This document shows positions 39,336 to 48,825 of a stretch of DNA of 64,000 nucleotides, in pieces. Position 1 is the first letter of the stretch, and each line of letters starts with the position of its first letter. The notes beneath the pieces are model-generated. The model ran no database searches, had not been told where the DNA came from, and saw only the letters and a program-made list of their open reading frames with translations. The translations under genes and the position numbers were made by a program. The stretch spans positions 31,852 through 95,851 of the IMG/VR virus record IMGVR_UViG_3300002835_006866; one strand, 5' to 3'. This stretch comes from a virus.

Positions 39336-40649
39336 ATGGCACAATTTAGGACCGATTTAAACAAGATAGATTCAGGACAAGTATTCACTCGTTATGAAGT
39401 GAATATGATGTCTGATCGTCTATCACCATCTGGCACATTGACAGATGCGTTCGGTCGCTTACGTGTCACTCAACCATTCACGCTTTTTGATAGTTCACAT
39501 AGATTTAATGATAACGGTTTATGGGTAACATCAAACACAGCAAGTAATAGTTCACATACATTCGTAGAAAATCAAAGTACAGTTGACATGACTGTTGGCA
39601 CGACAGCAAATGCTGAAGTCATTCGTGAAACAACAAAAGTGTTTTCATACCAACCAGGTAAATCATTGTTGGTTATGAATACATTTGCAATGAACACACC
39701 AAAAGCAAATGTCCGTCAAAGAGTTGGATATTTTGGTCAAAGTAATGGCATTTACTTAGAGAATGATGGTAATACAAATTATCTTATAGTGAGAACAAAC
39801 ACTTCAAGCACAGTTACAGAGACAAGAGTAGCACAATCAAATTGGAACGTTGATAAGTTTGATGGTACAGGTTACTCATCACAAATTGGCGGACCAGAAC
39901 ACGCAGGCGGATTAGATGTAAGCAAAACAAATATTTTTTGGATGGATGTTGAATGGTTAGGTGTTGGTGACGTTCGTTGCGGTTTTGTCGTAGATGGAAA
40001 ATTGATACCGGCACACACATTTCATCACGATAATAGAAACACTGTGCCTTACATGACAACGGCATCATTACCGTTAAGATTAGAGATAAAAAATACTGGA
40101 ATAACTGCAAGCAATTCAACACTAAGTCAGATTTGCTCTACTGTAATTTCTGAGGGTGGTTATGAATTGTACGGTTCACAGCAAGCAGTGGGTACAACAA
40201 TTACTGCGCCAGTAGACTTACCAACAGCAGGAACATATTATCCAGTTGTTTCAATACGATTAAAATCGAATCGTTTAGATGCGATTGTTATTCTAACCGC
40301 ACTATCAATTTTAGGTATAACGAATAATGCATATTACAACTGGCAAGTAAGATCAAATGCAAACACATCGGGTGGTGGAACATGGGTAAGTGCTGGAACT
40401 GATTCTGCTGTAGAATACAAACTTGACGGTGGATCAGTTACGGGTGGTAGAATATTAGCATCTGGATTTACGGGTGCAACCACTCAAAGTATATCACCGG
40501 TTGATATTCTCAAAGAAGCATTATTCAAGTTTCAATTAGAAAGAAATAGTTTTGCAAACACAGCATATGAACTAACATTAGTCGCTTCGGCAAGTACCAA
40601 CGGTGCCGACATGTATGGTTCGATGGACTGGGAAGAAGTCACAAGATAA
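39336..40649 (+). CDS. probable virion structural protein
   Basis: S/T/G/N-rich beta protein with DAFGRLRV and YQPGKS; late region. Confidence 0.6.
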   Translation: MAQFRTDLNKIDSGQVFTRYEVNMMSDRLSPSGTLTDAFGRLRVTQPFTLFDSSHRFNDNGLWVTSNTASNSSHTFVENQSTVDMTVGTTANAEVIRETTKVFSYQPGKSLLVMNTFAMNTPKANVRQRVGYFGQSNGIYLENDGNTNYLIVRTNTSSTVTETRVAQSNWNVDKFDGTGYSSQIGGPEHAGGLDVSKTNIFWMDVEWLGVGDVRCGFVVDGKLIPAHTFHHDNRNTVPYMTTASLPLRLEIKNTGITASNSTLSQICSTVISEGGYELYGSQQAVGTTITAPVDLPTAGTYYPVVSIRLKSNRLDAIVILTALSILGITNNAYYNWQVRSNANTSGGGTWVSAGTDSAVEYKLDGGSVTGGRILASGFTGATTQSISPVDILKEALFKFQLERNSFANTAYELTLVASASTNGADMYGSMDWEEVTR

Positions 40650-40671
40650 CAAAAACTAATAGGAGAGTAAC

Positions 40672-41520
40672 ATGTCAATTTTCAATGACAAAGCACTGAA
40701 AGGTGTAGCAGAAGCAGCAGCAAAAATCATGCAACAAGAAGAACTAAAAGGCAATCAACACAAGATTGATGCCAATAAAAATGGTAAGATTGATTCACAC
40801 GACTTCAAACTCCTTCGTGCTAAAAAAGGTATGAAAGAGGAAGTGAAAGATGAATATGCACGTAAAGTGGACAAATATTTGAAAAAGAAATACAACAAAG
40901 AAGAAGTAGAACTTGATGAAGCATTTCCAACTGTTGCTGATGCAGCAAAAAGAATGAAAGATGCTGAGTCAAGCAAATTCGAAAAACAAAAATCTTCAAA
41001 AGGTACAATTTATACTAAGAAACATACTGAAAAGGATGCCGAGTATGAAGCACCAAAACCAGCTGGCCGCAAAAGGATGATTGGAAAAGGCTCTGATAAT
41101 CCAGACCACATGAAAAAAATGAAGATGACTGAAATGTTGGAAGCTTACCAAGAAGGTGGTCTGAAAGCACTTAACTCTATGTTGGTTGTTGAAGAACCAG
41201 ACAATGAGCAATTTACAAAAGAGTTTGAAGATCAGAAGGCTTCAATGGAAGGCAAGAAAAAACAGCCATCTGTTGCTGCAGCAGCAACTAAGGGCGTAAA
41301 AGAAATGCCTGAAGAAACTGATGTTGATCCGGATGATTTTATTTCAGAAACCGAAGAAGTTGAACTTGATGAGCGTACATTGACAAAGGGTGAAGCAGAA
41401 ACAAAAGAAAAGTATGTAAAAGGTATGAAGAAAGGACTATCAGGTTTCAAAGCTCGTTATGGTGAACGTGCTAAGTCGGTTATGTATGCCACAGCTACCA
41501 AAATGGCTAAAAAGGATTAA
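40672..41520 (+). CDS. charged head-internal protein with EF-hand-like loop
   Basis: DANKNGKIDSHD; EEVELDE twice. Confidence 0.6.
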   Translation: MSIFNDKALKGVAEAAAKIMQQEELKGNQHKIDANKNGKIDSHDFKLLRAKKGMKEEVKDEYARKVDKYLKKKYNKEEVELDEAFPTVADAAKRMKDAESSKFEKQKSSKGTIYTKKHTEKDAEYEAPKPAGRKRMIGKGSDNPDHMKKMKMTEMLEAYQEGGLKALNSMLVVEEPDNEQFTKEFEDQKASMEGKKKQPSVAAAATKGVKEMPEETDVDPDDFISETEEVELDERTLTKGEAETKEKYVKGMKKGLSGFKARYGERAKSVMYATATKMAKKD

Positions 41521-41522
41521 TT

Positions 41523-42410
41523 ATGCCTAATTTAAGATTTAGAAAGCTACGTGAAGGTGTAGCTGAAAAATTGCATAGTAAACAGCAAGAACTTCGTAAG
41601 AAGAGTGGCTTACCTCATCCCGATTACTATAAAGAGTTGGGTAAATCTTACGATATTAAAGATGACAGTGAACGTATGGCGCATCAATCTTCTCTGAAGA
41701 AGAAGTATAGTGTCAAAGAAGAAGTGGAACATTTGGAAGAAAAGAATGTTCCAACTTCTCCAGAAAAATGGGCAAGAGCCAAAGCACAAGCAAAGGCTAA
41801 GTTTGATGTTTACCCTAGTGCTTATGCGAACGGTTGGGCTGCAAAGAAATACAAAGAAATGGGTGGTGGTTGGAAATCTGTGAGCGAACAGAAAGATGAA
41901 GGTGAATACGATTATGAAGGAGACATGGCAAAAACTCAACTGAAAACTATCATTCGAAATGCACAAGAATTACATGATATGTTAGAAGATGATGAGAACA
42001 TGCCAGAATGGGTACAATCTAAAATTACCTTAGCAAAAGATTATATTGTAGTCGCTTCCAATTATATGCAAAGTGTTATGGAAGAATCTGTTGACCGTTA
42101 TGGTTCTGCAGCATCTGAAACATATCAGACCAAGCCAAATAAAGAGCCAATGAAGAAGTATGGCGACACAAAAGAAAAAATTGACGAGCAACACCGTGAT
42201 AAAGGCAGATTTAGACCTGTCATCCCTCATATGGTAAAGGCCTCTCATGTGGCATCACCAAGAGATAGACAATATAAAGTTGATGAAGAAAACGGTCAAT
42301 CTGTAAAAGCGCAGATTGTTAAGAACGCTGCAAAGAAAAAGAAAGAAGAACCTTCAGACAAGTTTCAAGCAGATCCAGTTTTATCAACAACTATAACAAA
42401 AAATTATTAA
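41523..42410 (+). CDS. modular head-internal-type protein
   Basis: FDVYPSAYAN, EYDYEGDMAK, PEWVQSKIT modules separated by Glu-rich linkers. Confidence 0.6.
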   Translation: MPNLRFRKLREGVAEKLHSKQQELRKKSGLPHPDYYKELGKSYDIKDDSERMAHQSSLKKKYSVKEEVEHLEEKNVPTSPEKWARAKAQAKAKFDVYPSAYANGWAAKKYKEMGGGWKSVSEQKDEGEYDYEGDMAKTQLKTIIRNAQELHDMLEDDENMPEWVQSKITLAKDYIVVASNYMQSVMEESVDRYGSAASETYQTKPNKEPMKKYGDTKEKIDEQHRDKGRFRPVIPHMVKASHVASPRDRQYKVDEENGQSVKAQIVKNAAKKKKEEPSDKFQADPVLSTTITKNY

Positions 42411-42421
42411 AGTGTTTGAGG

Positions 42422-42429
42422 TATAAATA
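42422..42429 (+). promoter_or_regulatory. T4 late promoter
   Basis: Exact TATAAATA. Confidence 0.8.
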
Positions 42430-42464
42430 CATTATCAAACAAATACAGATTAGGAGAAAAAAAC

Positions 42465-43034
42465 ATGTCACTATGGGGTAACTTAGACGCTGCTAACAAT
42501 GCGCCAAAACAAGGTGATACTACTGGATACGGTGGAAACACCGGCTCAGTGACACCAAATACACAGGTATACTTTGCCAACAATCAGGTGGGAGCTTACA
42601 TCGACAAAGCTGCTATCGGAATGTTTGGTGTAGATACAACTGAACAAGGCGTTTCTAGAACAGCTTCATCAAAAACAAGAGCTCAGCATGCCGGCTGGGT
42701 AATCAGAAAAGCAGGAACAGGCCCTGTTGTTACTATCACTGCTAACAGTGGAGCAACAGGAGTAAACAGTTCTGTTGTATTCTCTGGTGGTGGTACAAGC
42801 AATACACCAGCAACAGCAACTGTAGCTGTAAACTCCACATTCCACATTGTCAGTGTTACAGTGACAGGTGGTGGTGTTTACGAATCTACACCAACAGCTA
42901 GACCTAATACAGGTAATGCAGTTTTCACAGTAACAATGGGTGGTCGTGCTAACCGTGTTATGACTGAAACTGTTGTTGCTATGGGTTCTATGAGAGGTGA
43001 TGGTTCGGATGACGCTTACTTCCCTGACGCTTAA
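42465..43034 (+). CDS. probable virion structural protein
   Basis: Late promoter; MSLWG, HAGWV, GRANRVMTETVVAM. Confidence 0.65.
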   Translation: MSLWGNLDAANNAPKQGDTTGYGGNTGSVTPNTQVYFANNQVGAYIDKAAIGMFGVDTTEQGVSRTASSKTRAQHAGWVIRKAGTGPVVTITANSGATGVNSSVVFSGGGTSNTPATATVAVNSTFHIVSVTVTGGGVYESTPTARPNTGNAVFTVTMGGRANRVMTETVVAMGSMRGDGSDDAYFPDA

Positions 43035-43036
43035 TA

Positions 43037-43417
43037 ATGAATCTTAGAGACTATTTAAAAATGACTGGAGATAAAGTGGAAATGGAAACAGTTCCAACTC
43101 CGTCTATTTCTGAAGTAAATTTGGAAAACTTAAATAGTCGCCTATACTATGAGATGGATGAACCTTATTTGTCTCCCGAATCTGGCATACAGAGGATTCG
43201 TAGAGTGCTGCATTTATACGGACTTGATTTTCCAGCACTCTACGACCTTGAATCAGAAGGCGATGAATTGGCTGTAGATTTAACTGATAAATGGAGAATT
43301 TACATTCTATATTATTTAAAAGAAGATGCTGTTTATGAATTTTTTGCGGAAGTAGGTGATGAAAATAGGATGAATGAACTCCTTTCTGACGTAGAGGAAG
43401 AAACCGAAGAAATATAA
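43037..43417 (+). CDS. hypothetical protein
   Basis: Acidic ORF in late operon. Confidence 0.6.
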   Translation: MNLRDYLKMTGDKVEMETVPTPSISEVNLENLNSRLYYEMDEPYLSPESGIQRIRRVLHLYGLDFPALYDLESEGDELAVDLTDKWRIYILYYLKEDAVYEFFAEVGDENRMNELLSDVEEETEEI

Positions 43418-43809
43418 TGCTTTTTGATGATTTAAATAATGAGAATGTAATGATGTATGCAATTAAGGCCTATGAAAAACCTAATTGTATCATGAGTGAA
43501 TTCAAAGATGATATGAAACGATTTAATTATCTGAAGAGATTATTTCGTAGATATCGTAAGTTGAACGAATTGAGGGAACAATTGGTATTGAATCACCTAA
43601 TTGTTCTTTACAATGTTTTCGGTCCAGAAGTCGCTTCTAGACTCCTATTCTTCAAAATGTCCAAGGAAGATTATTCTGCCTTAAAGACCTATTTGTTATT
43701 TCTGAGTTGTATGCCCGAAAAAATTAAAAGTATAAAAGGACATGATATAGTTTCGTCAACGATACCTGTTGATATGAGAATAGCAGAGGCTTTAAGAAAC
43801 ATTAAATGA
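43417..43809 (+). CDS. conserved T4-like hypothetical protein
   Basis: EFKDDMKRFNYLKRLF, LNHLIVLYNVFG. Confidence 0.75.
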   Translation: MLFDDLNNENVMMYAIKAYEKPNCIMSEFKDDMKRFNYLKRLFRRYRKLNELREQLVLNHLIVLYNVFGPEVASRLLFFKMSKEDYSALKTYLLFLSCMPEKIKSIKGHDIVSSTIPVDMRIAEALRNIK

Positions 43810-43834
43810 GTTGTACCATAGAAAGTTAAGGCAG

Positions 43835-44026
43835 ATGGAAAACAAAACAAAGTCAAAACCAGTCATTGAAAGTGATGGTATGGTAGGTGGTTCTCCAGTA
43901 AACAATGTTTCTGGTGGGCAAATTGCAGGTCTTGGCGTTGGTCCACAAGGTGAACCTGGTGTCAAGAAACGCAAGACAGCAACATTCATTTCATTCATAA
44001 AGAGAAAATCAAATGTGGCTTCTTAG
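43835..44026 (+). CDS. small hypothetical protein
   Basis: PVNNVSGGQIAGLG...GEPGV. Confidence 0.55.
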   Translation: MENKTKSKPVIESDGMVGGSPVNNVSGGQIAGLGVGPQGEPGVKKRKTATFISFIKRKSNVAS

Positions 44027-44528
44027 TTTTCTACCTACAGGGTTTTTAGAATTCATTATTAATGCTACACTAATCGGTAGTGTTATTGGTATTGTACTGG
44101 GTTTCTTTGGGAGCAAGATACCAGTTATCAGTTCTTACCTAACTCCCATCAAATATATTTCTATTGCTTTATTCTGCGTAGGGTTATACTTGAAAGGTGG
44201 CCTTGACGTAGAAGAAGAGTGGCGCCAAAGAGTAGAAGAAATGCAAGCCAAGGTAAAAAAGGCTGAAGAGCAAGCACAATTGGCCAACAAAGAGATAGAA
44301 GCAAAAACACTTGAGAAAACAAAACTCATTCGTGAAAAAGGCAAGACAAGAGTTGAATATATCAATCGTCTTGTTGAAGGTAGAACTGTAGAGATTGTCA
44401 AAGATATGACTGCTGAAGAAAGAGCAGTTTTTGAAGCAAAACAAAAAGAACTATTAGATTCAATCAAGAATTGTCCAGTACCAAAAATTATCGTAGAAGA
44501 ACATAACAAAGCGGCTGAGTTAAAATGA
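44013..44528 (+). CDS. inner-membrane spanin (Rz-like)
   Basis: N-terminal TM segments, coiled coil, C-terminal Cys; upstream of a lipoprotein. Confidence 0.7.
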   Translation: MWLLSFLPTGFLEFIINATLIGSVIGIVLGFFGSKIPVISSYLTPIKYISIALFCVGLYLKGGLDVEEEWRQRVEEMQAKVKKAEEQAQLANKEIEAKTLEKTKLIREKGKTRVEYINRLVEGRTVEIVKDMTAEERAVFEAKQKELLDSIKNCPVPKIIVEEHNKAAELK

Positions 44529-44791
44529 AACTATTTGCAATTCTATCATTAGCTTTACTTACGGGTTGTTCAACACTTGTACCAGTAACAGCAAAGTTTC
44601 CAGATGCACCTAAATCATTGACTGAAAAATGTCCACCTTTGAATAAGATTGAATCAGATTCAGTTTCAATTGTAGATTTACATAAAACTGTAGTTGAAAA
44701 CTATACTTTATATCATGAGTGTGCTGTGAAAGTTGAACAGTGGAATGATTGGCATGTAAAACAAAAAAAGATATTTGAGTCTGTAAAATAA
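44525..44791 (+). CDS. outer-membrane spanin (Rz1-like lipoprotein)
   Basis: Lipobox LLTGC, proline-rich, NYTLYHEC. Confidence 0.8.
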   Translation: MKLFAILSLALLTGCSTLVPVTAKFPDAPKSLTEKCPPLNKIESDSVSIVDLHKTVVENYTLYHECAVKVEQWNDWHVKQKKIFESVK

Positions 44792-44800
44792 GGAGAGAAC

Positions 44801-44917
44801 ATGCTAGAAACTCTATTTTGGATTTTAGTTGGTGCCTTCATAGGATGGAATTTTCCTCAACCACAATATGCTAAAGATATTCAAACAAAAATAAAATCGT
44901 TATTTGTAAAGGAATAA
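44801..44917 (+). CDS. 38-aa membrane peptide (not in ORF track)
   Basis: AGGAGA RBS; MLETLFWILVGAFIGWNFPQP. Confidence 0.65.
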   Translation: MLETLFWILVGAFIGWNFPQPQYAKDIQTKIKSLFVKE

Positions 44918-44918
44918 T

Positions 44919-45536
44919 ATGGAATTGACAAAAGAACAACTAAAAGAATTACTTCCAAAGAATCCTTACATTGACCAGTGGCACAAAGCACTGAGTCAAT
45001 TGTTGCCCGATTATGAAATCAATACACCACAACGCATTGCGGCATTTATTGCTCAGTGCGCCCATGAGTCTGGTGGTTTTGTTTTTCTGACAGAGAATCT
45101 AAACTACAAAGCAGAGAGTCTTTTGAAAGTATTTCCAAAATACTTCAAAGATATGGCTACTGCAAAGGCTTACGAAAAGAAACCAGAAAAGATTGCAAAC
45201 AAAATCTATGCCGACCGAATGGGTAATGGTAATGAAGCATCGGGCGATGGTTGGAAATACCGTGGTCGTGGTCTGATTCAATTGACCGGCAAAACGAACT
45301 ATACATGGTTTGCAGCATCACTTGAGATTACACCAGAAGAAGCAGCCGAATATACACAAACATTTGAGGGTGCAGCACAATCAGCATGTTGGTTCTGGGA
45401 AACAAACAAACTGAATGTTGAAGCCGATAAAGGCGACATCAAAACAATGACACGCAAGATCAATGGTGGTTTCATTGGGCTAGAAGATCGTATCAAACAT
45501 TACGAGCATGCTCTTCATGTGTTAGGAGTTCACTGA
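44919..45536 (+). CDS. glycoside hydrolase family 19 endolysin
   Basis: FIAQCAHES, ENLNY, GDGWKYRGRGLIQLTG, INGG. Confidence 0.92.
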   Translation: MELTKEQLKELLPKNPYIDQWHKALSQLLPDYEINTPQRIAAFIAQCAHESGGFVFLTENLNYKAESLLKVFPKYFKDMATAKAYEKKPEKIANKIYADRMGNGNEASGDGWKYRGRGLIQLTGKTNYTWFAASLEITPEEAAEYTQTFEGAAQSACWFWETNKLNVEADKGDIKTMTRKINGGFIGLEDRIKHYEHALHVLGVH

Positions 45537-45757
45537 TGAAATATTTTGTACTTCTATTGTTTCCATTGTTGGTAGCATGTGAAGAACGATTTCGTTATCC
45601 TTGCCAAGACCCAGAAAATTGGGACACACAACAATGTAAAAAACCATTTTGCAGTGCAAACGGAACTTGCCCTGAAGATTTGACACATTACGAAAAAAAT
45701 AAAGTTGGTCAGCCTAATGGCATGATACCGGCACCTATCAGAGGAGAATGTAGATGA
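45536..45757 (+). CDS. Cys-rich lipoprotein
   Basis: Lipobox LLVAC; RYPCQDP...C...C...C. Confidence 0.7.
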   Translation: MKYFVLLLFPLLVACEERFRYPCQDPENWDTQQCKKPFCSANGTCPEDLTHYEKNKVGQPNGMIPAPIRGECR

Positions 45758-46227
45758 TTAGAGAATTATGGTCAGGAGAAAGATATACAACTGAAGAGTT
45801 GAATGCTCGTTTGAAGTTTTTTATTGGTATTGTTTTGGGTCTGACACTTTTTGGTATCGTGTTCGTTGTTCTCTATAGTCTTATTTTTGTTACTCAGCCA
45901 ATGAATGGCATGAGTCCAGTAGACAATAAGTTTTTTGAATTGATTATTCCTATTGCTACATTCTTGACAGGTACATTGTCGGGTATTATGTTGGCGGGTG
46001 ATGATAAAGAGTTGAGAGCAAAAGCACTTGAGTCTGCTACAAAGCCTTATGTGCCACCTCCACCGCCACCATCATCACCAATGAACTCATTTGGTTCAAT
46101 GGGTATGGCAGGTATGGGAGCAATGAGTATGCCAATGGCTGATCCGTTTGCATCATTTGCTGCTTCAGAGTTTTCTGGTTTTGGTGGTAAACCAGCACCA
46201 TCACAACCACCGCATCCAGAACTATAA
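45754..46227 (+). CDS. two-TM membrane protein with Pro/Met-rich tail (holin-like?)
   Basis: Two hydrophobic helices; lysis-cassette context. Confidence 0.6.
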   Translation: MIRELWSGERYTTEELNARLKFFIGIVLGLTLFGIVFVVLYSLIFVTQPMNGMSPVDNKFFELIIPIATFLTGTLSGIMLAGDDKELRAKALESATKPYVPPPPPPSSPMNSFGSMGMAGMGAMSMPMADPFASFAASEFSGFGGKPAPSQPPHPEL

Positions 46228-46455
46228 ATGAAAGCATGGTTTCTCAGTTTATTAGCTGATGGCCATAATGGCAGTGTCAGTAGTAAGAGAGCAATAACAC
46301 TGTTTGCTTTCTTACTTTGTGCTGCCTCTTTTATCGGTGAACTTTTTTGGAATACTAAAGTTACGTCACAAACTTTCGATTCTATGATGTATATCGTTAT
46401 TGCAGGCCTAGGTTTTACCGCATCTGAAAAATTTACTAAAAAGGAAGAAAAATGA
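46228..46455 (+). CDS. small two-TM holin-like protein
   Basis: SSKR, two TM segments, charged C-terminus. Confidence 0.55.
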   Translation: MKAWFLSLLADGHNGSVSSKRAITLFAFLLCAASFIGELFWNTKVTSQTFDSMMYIVIAGLGFTASEKFTKKEEK

Positions 46456-46631
46456 ATTATTTACTAGCAATGATGATCGGCGTATTAGCACTAACAAGTG
46501 TTTGGGCTGCCGAGGAAAAAAAGGTTTGTGTTAAAGAGTTTGATAACAAAACTAAAAAAGAAAAGGAAGTTTGCAAGACGATCAAAGTGCATAAGAAACT
46601 AGAAGGCACAAAGATTCCTGAGAAGAAATAA
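46452..46631 (+). CDS. small secreted protein (59 aa, not in ORF track)
   Basis: Signal peptide followed by KKVC...VCKTIKVHKKLEG. Confidence 0.6.
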   Translation: MNYLLAMMIGVLALTSVWAAEEKKVCVKEFDNKTKKEKEVCKTIKVHKKLEGTKIPEKK

Positions 46632-47068
46632 TGGCAATAGAAATAAAAGAAGTAGAATTGAAGGTTGACGTTGGTGTCCTGAAAACCCAAGTAGCAACAT
46701 TAACTCAACTATGTGACAAAATGGATAAAGTTATCGAGAAACTTGTCGATAACCAGGATCGTATCGTCAACCAAATCTACAACGACATGAACGACCGAGA
46801 AAAAAGCACCAATTCGGATATAAAAGAGATTCACTCCAGAATTACCACAATTAGCCGTGAGCTATCTGATAAGGTAGAGCTGACTGAGCGTAGAATTATG
46901 GATGAAATAAAATCATTACGTGACCATATCACCGAACACAATAGAAAAGAGGATGATGAACTTAAAAAGTTATCCCAATGGAGATGGATGGTTGCCGGGG
47001 GTGTCGTTGTTTTTGCCTGGTTAGTGTCCAATGTTAACCTAGGATTCTTAGGCAAATTTTTTGGATAA
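46631..47068 (+). CDS. coiled-coil protein with C-terminal TM
   Basis: Heptad pattern; WRWMVAGG TM segment. Confidence 0.65.
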   Translation: MAIEIKEVELKVDVGVLKTQVATLTQLCDKMDKVIEKLVDNQDRIVNQIYNDMNDREKSTNSDIKEIHSRITTISRELSDKVELTERRIMDEIKSLRDHITEHNRKEDDELKKLSQWRWMVAGGVVVFAWLVSNVNLGFLGKFFG

Positions 47069-47069
47069 T

Positions 47070-47098
47070 TTGACATGAACATCAATGTGTGTTATAGT
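47070..47098 (+). promoter_or_regulatory. sigma70-type promoter for primase
   Basis: TTGACA-17 nt-TATAGT. Confidence 0.7.
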
Positions 47099-47106
47099 AT
47101 GCAACT

Positions 47107-48132
47107 ATGTTACACATTGACTCTAAATACATAAAACTAGTATCCGCTCGCCTTAGAAACTTTAAGCAAAAGGATGCAAATCTCTGGAATTTCTCTTGCC
47201 CAATTTGTGGCGATAGCCAAAAGAACAAATTAAAGGCAAGAGGATATGTCTATAAAAAAGGCAATGGTCTTTATTACCGATGCCATAACTGTGGGGTAGG
47301 AACAAATCTTGCGAATCTCATCAAACATGTCGACCCAGCTGTATATCGAGAATATACACTTGAAAAATATAAATCGGGACATACAGGAGAACGATATGCA
47401 CCAGAAGCGTTTGATGTCCCGACGACAAGATTTGGAAAGATTGATCGAGCAAAGAGTTTCGATCATGCAGAATGGGTCGAAAAACTCCCAAGTGGACATT
47501 TTTGTCTAGAATATGTAACGAAGAGGAAAATTCCTTCTCGTTTTTACGATAGACTTTTATTCACCTCGACTTATAAGAAGTTTTGTGATAGCCTCATACC
47601 AAATCATGGCAAAAAAATTATTGACGATGCTCGTCTAATAATTCCCTTCTATGATGAACACAATGAACTTATTGCTGTTTCTGGCCGTGCATTAGAATCC
47701 TCAGAAGAAAAAATACGATACGTAACCTTACGTACCAATGATAGTAATCACAAACTTATCTTTGGTATGGAAAGATTGGACCTAAATCAACCCGTAAAAA
47801 TTGTTGAAGGTCCTATAGATAGCTTATTCTTGAAAAATTGTGTTGCATCATGTGATTCTAATCTCTCTGTGACAGCAAAAAATATTTCATGTGAAAGAAA
47901 ACTTTTAATCTTTGATAATGAGCCTAGAAATAAAGAAATCGTGAAATTGATGCAAGATGCAATCAATTTAGACCACAATGTAGTAATTTGGCCTGATAAA
48001 ATTGCAGCTAAAGATATTAATGAGATGGTCATGAGTGGTATTTCACCGGACGAAATAGAAAATATTATAAGTAGTAACACCTTTAAAGGTCTTGAAGCAC
48101 AAACTAAATTTATATTCTGGAAAAAATTATGA
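47107..48132 (+). CDS. g61: DNA primase gp61
   Basis: CPICGDS...CHNC zinc finger, VEGPIDS, FDNEPRN, KDINE. Confidence 0.95.
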   Translation: MLHIDSKYIKLVSARLRNFKQKDANLWNFSCPICGDSQKNKLKARGYVYKKGNGLYYRCHNCGVGTNLANLIKHVDPAVYREYTLEKYKSGHTGERYAPEAFDVPTTRFGKIDRAKSFDHAEWVEKLPSGHFCLEYVTKRKIPSRFYDRLLFTSTYKKFCDSLIPNHGKKIIDDARLIIPFYDEHNELIAVSGRALESSEEKIRYVTLRTNDSNHKLIFGMERLDLNQPVKIVEGPIDSLFLKNCVASCDSNLSVTAKNISCERKLLIFDNEPRNKEIVKLMQDAINLDHNVVIWPDKIAAKDINEMVMSGISPDEIENIISSNTFKGLEAQTKFIFWKKL

Positions 48133-48806
48133 AAGTGTACTTGATTAGTTATTCGCAAATACCAAGAACATTAGGTGGTGGCATTGAAAAGGATTTACAA
48201 GAGTTAATATCTTTCTGTGCTAGAGTGTCAAACCCTAGCAATCAAATGAACACGGAAACAAGTGAGAAGTTAATTCGTTATTTGATTAAAAATCAGCACT
48301 GGTCGCCTCTGGAAATGGTGAGTATGTGTTTAGAAATTGAAACGACCCGTGACATTGCTCGACAGATATTGAGGCATCGATCTTTTTCTTTTCAGGAGTT
48401 TAGTCAACGCTATGCTGACCCAACTGCTGAATTGGATGATACATTTGTTTATCGTGAAGCAAGACTACAAGATACGAAGAATCGTCAGAACAGTATTGAA
48501 ATAGATGATGATTATTTACAAGAAAGATGGGAAGAAGAACAAGCTTCGGTTCTTCTAAGGGTTAAACAAGCCTATAAATGGGCTATTGATAATGGTATCG
48601 CCAAAGAACAAGCCAGAGCAGTTTTACCTGAAGGCTTGACCAAATCACGTTTGTACATGAATGGAACCTTGCGTAGTTGGATCCACTACATACAACTCCG
48701 TTCCGCAAACGGCACACAGAAAGAACACATGGAAGTTGCACGTAAATGTGCAGAAGTAATCGCCAAAGTATTTCCTATGGCGAACGAATTTGTAGAAAAT
48801 CAATAA
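48129..48806 (+). CDS. thyX: FAD-dependent thymidylate synthase
   Basis: HWSPLE, RHRSFSFQEFSQRY. Confidence 0.96.
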   Translation: MKVYLISYSQIPRTLGGGIEKDLQELISFCARVSNPSNQMNTETSEKLIRYLIKNQHWSPLEMVSMCLEIETTRDIARQILRHRSFSFQEFSQRYADPTAELDDTFVYREARLQDTKNRQNSIEIDDDYLQERWEEEQASVLLRVKQAYKWAIDNGIAKEQARAVLPEGLTKSRLYMNGTLRSWIHYIQLRSANGTQKEHMEVARKCAEVIAKVFPMANEFVENQ

Positions 48807-48825
48807 TAAAACTGGAGCAGAATTA

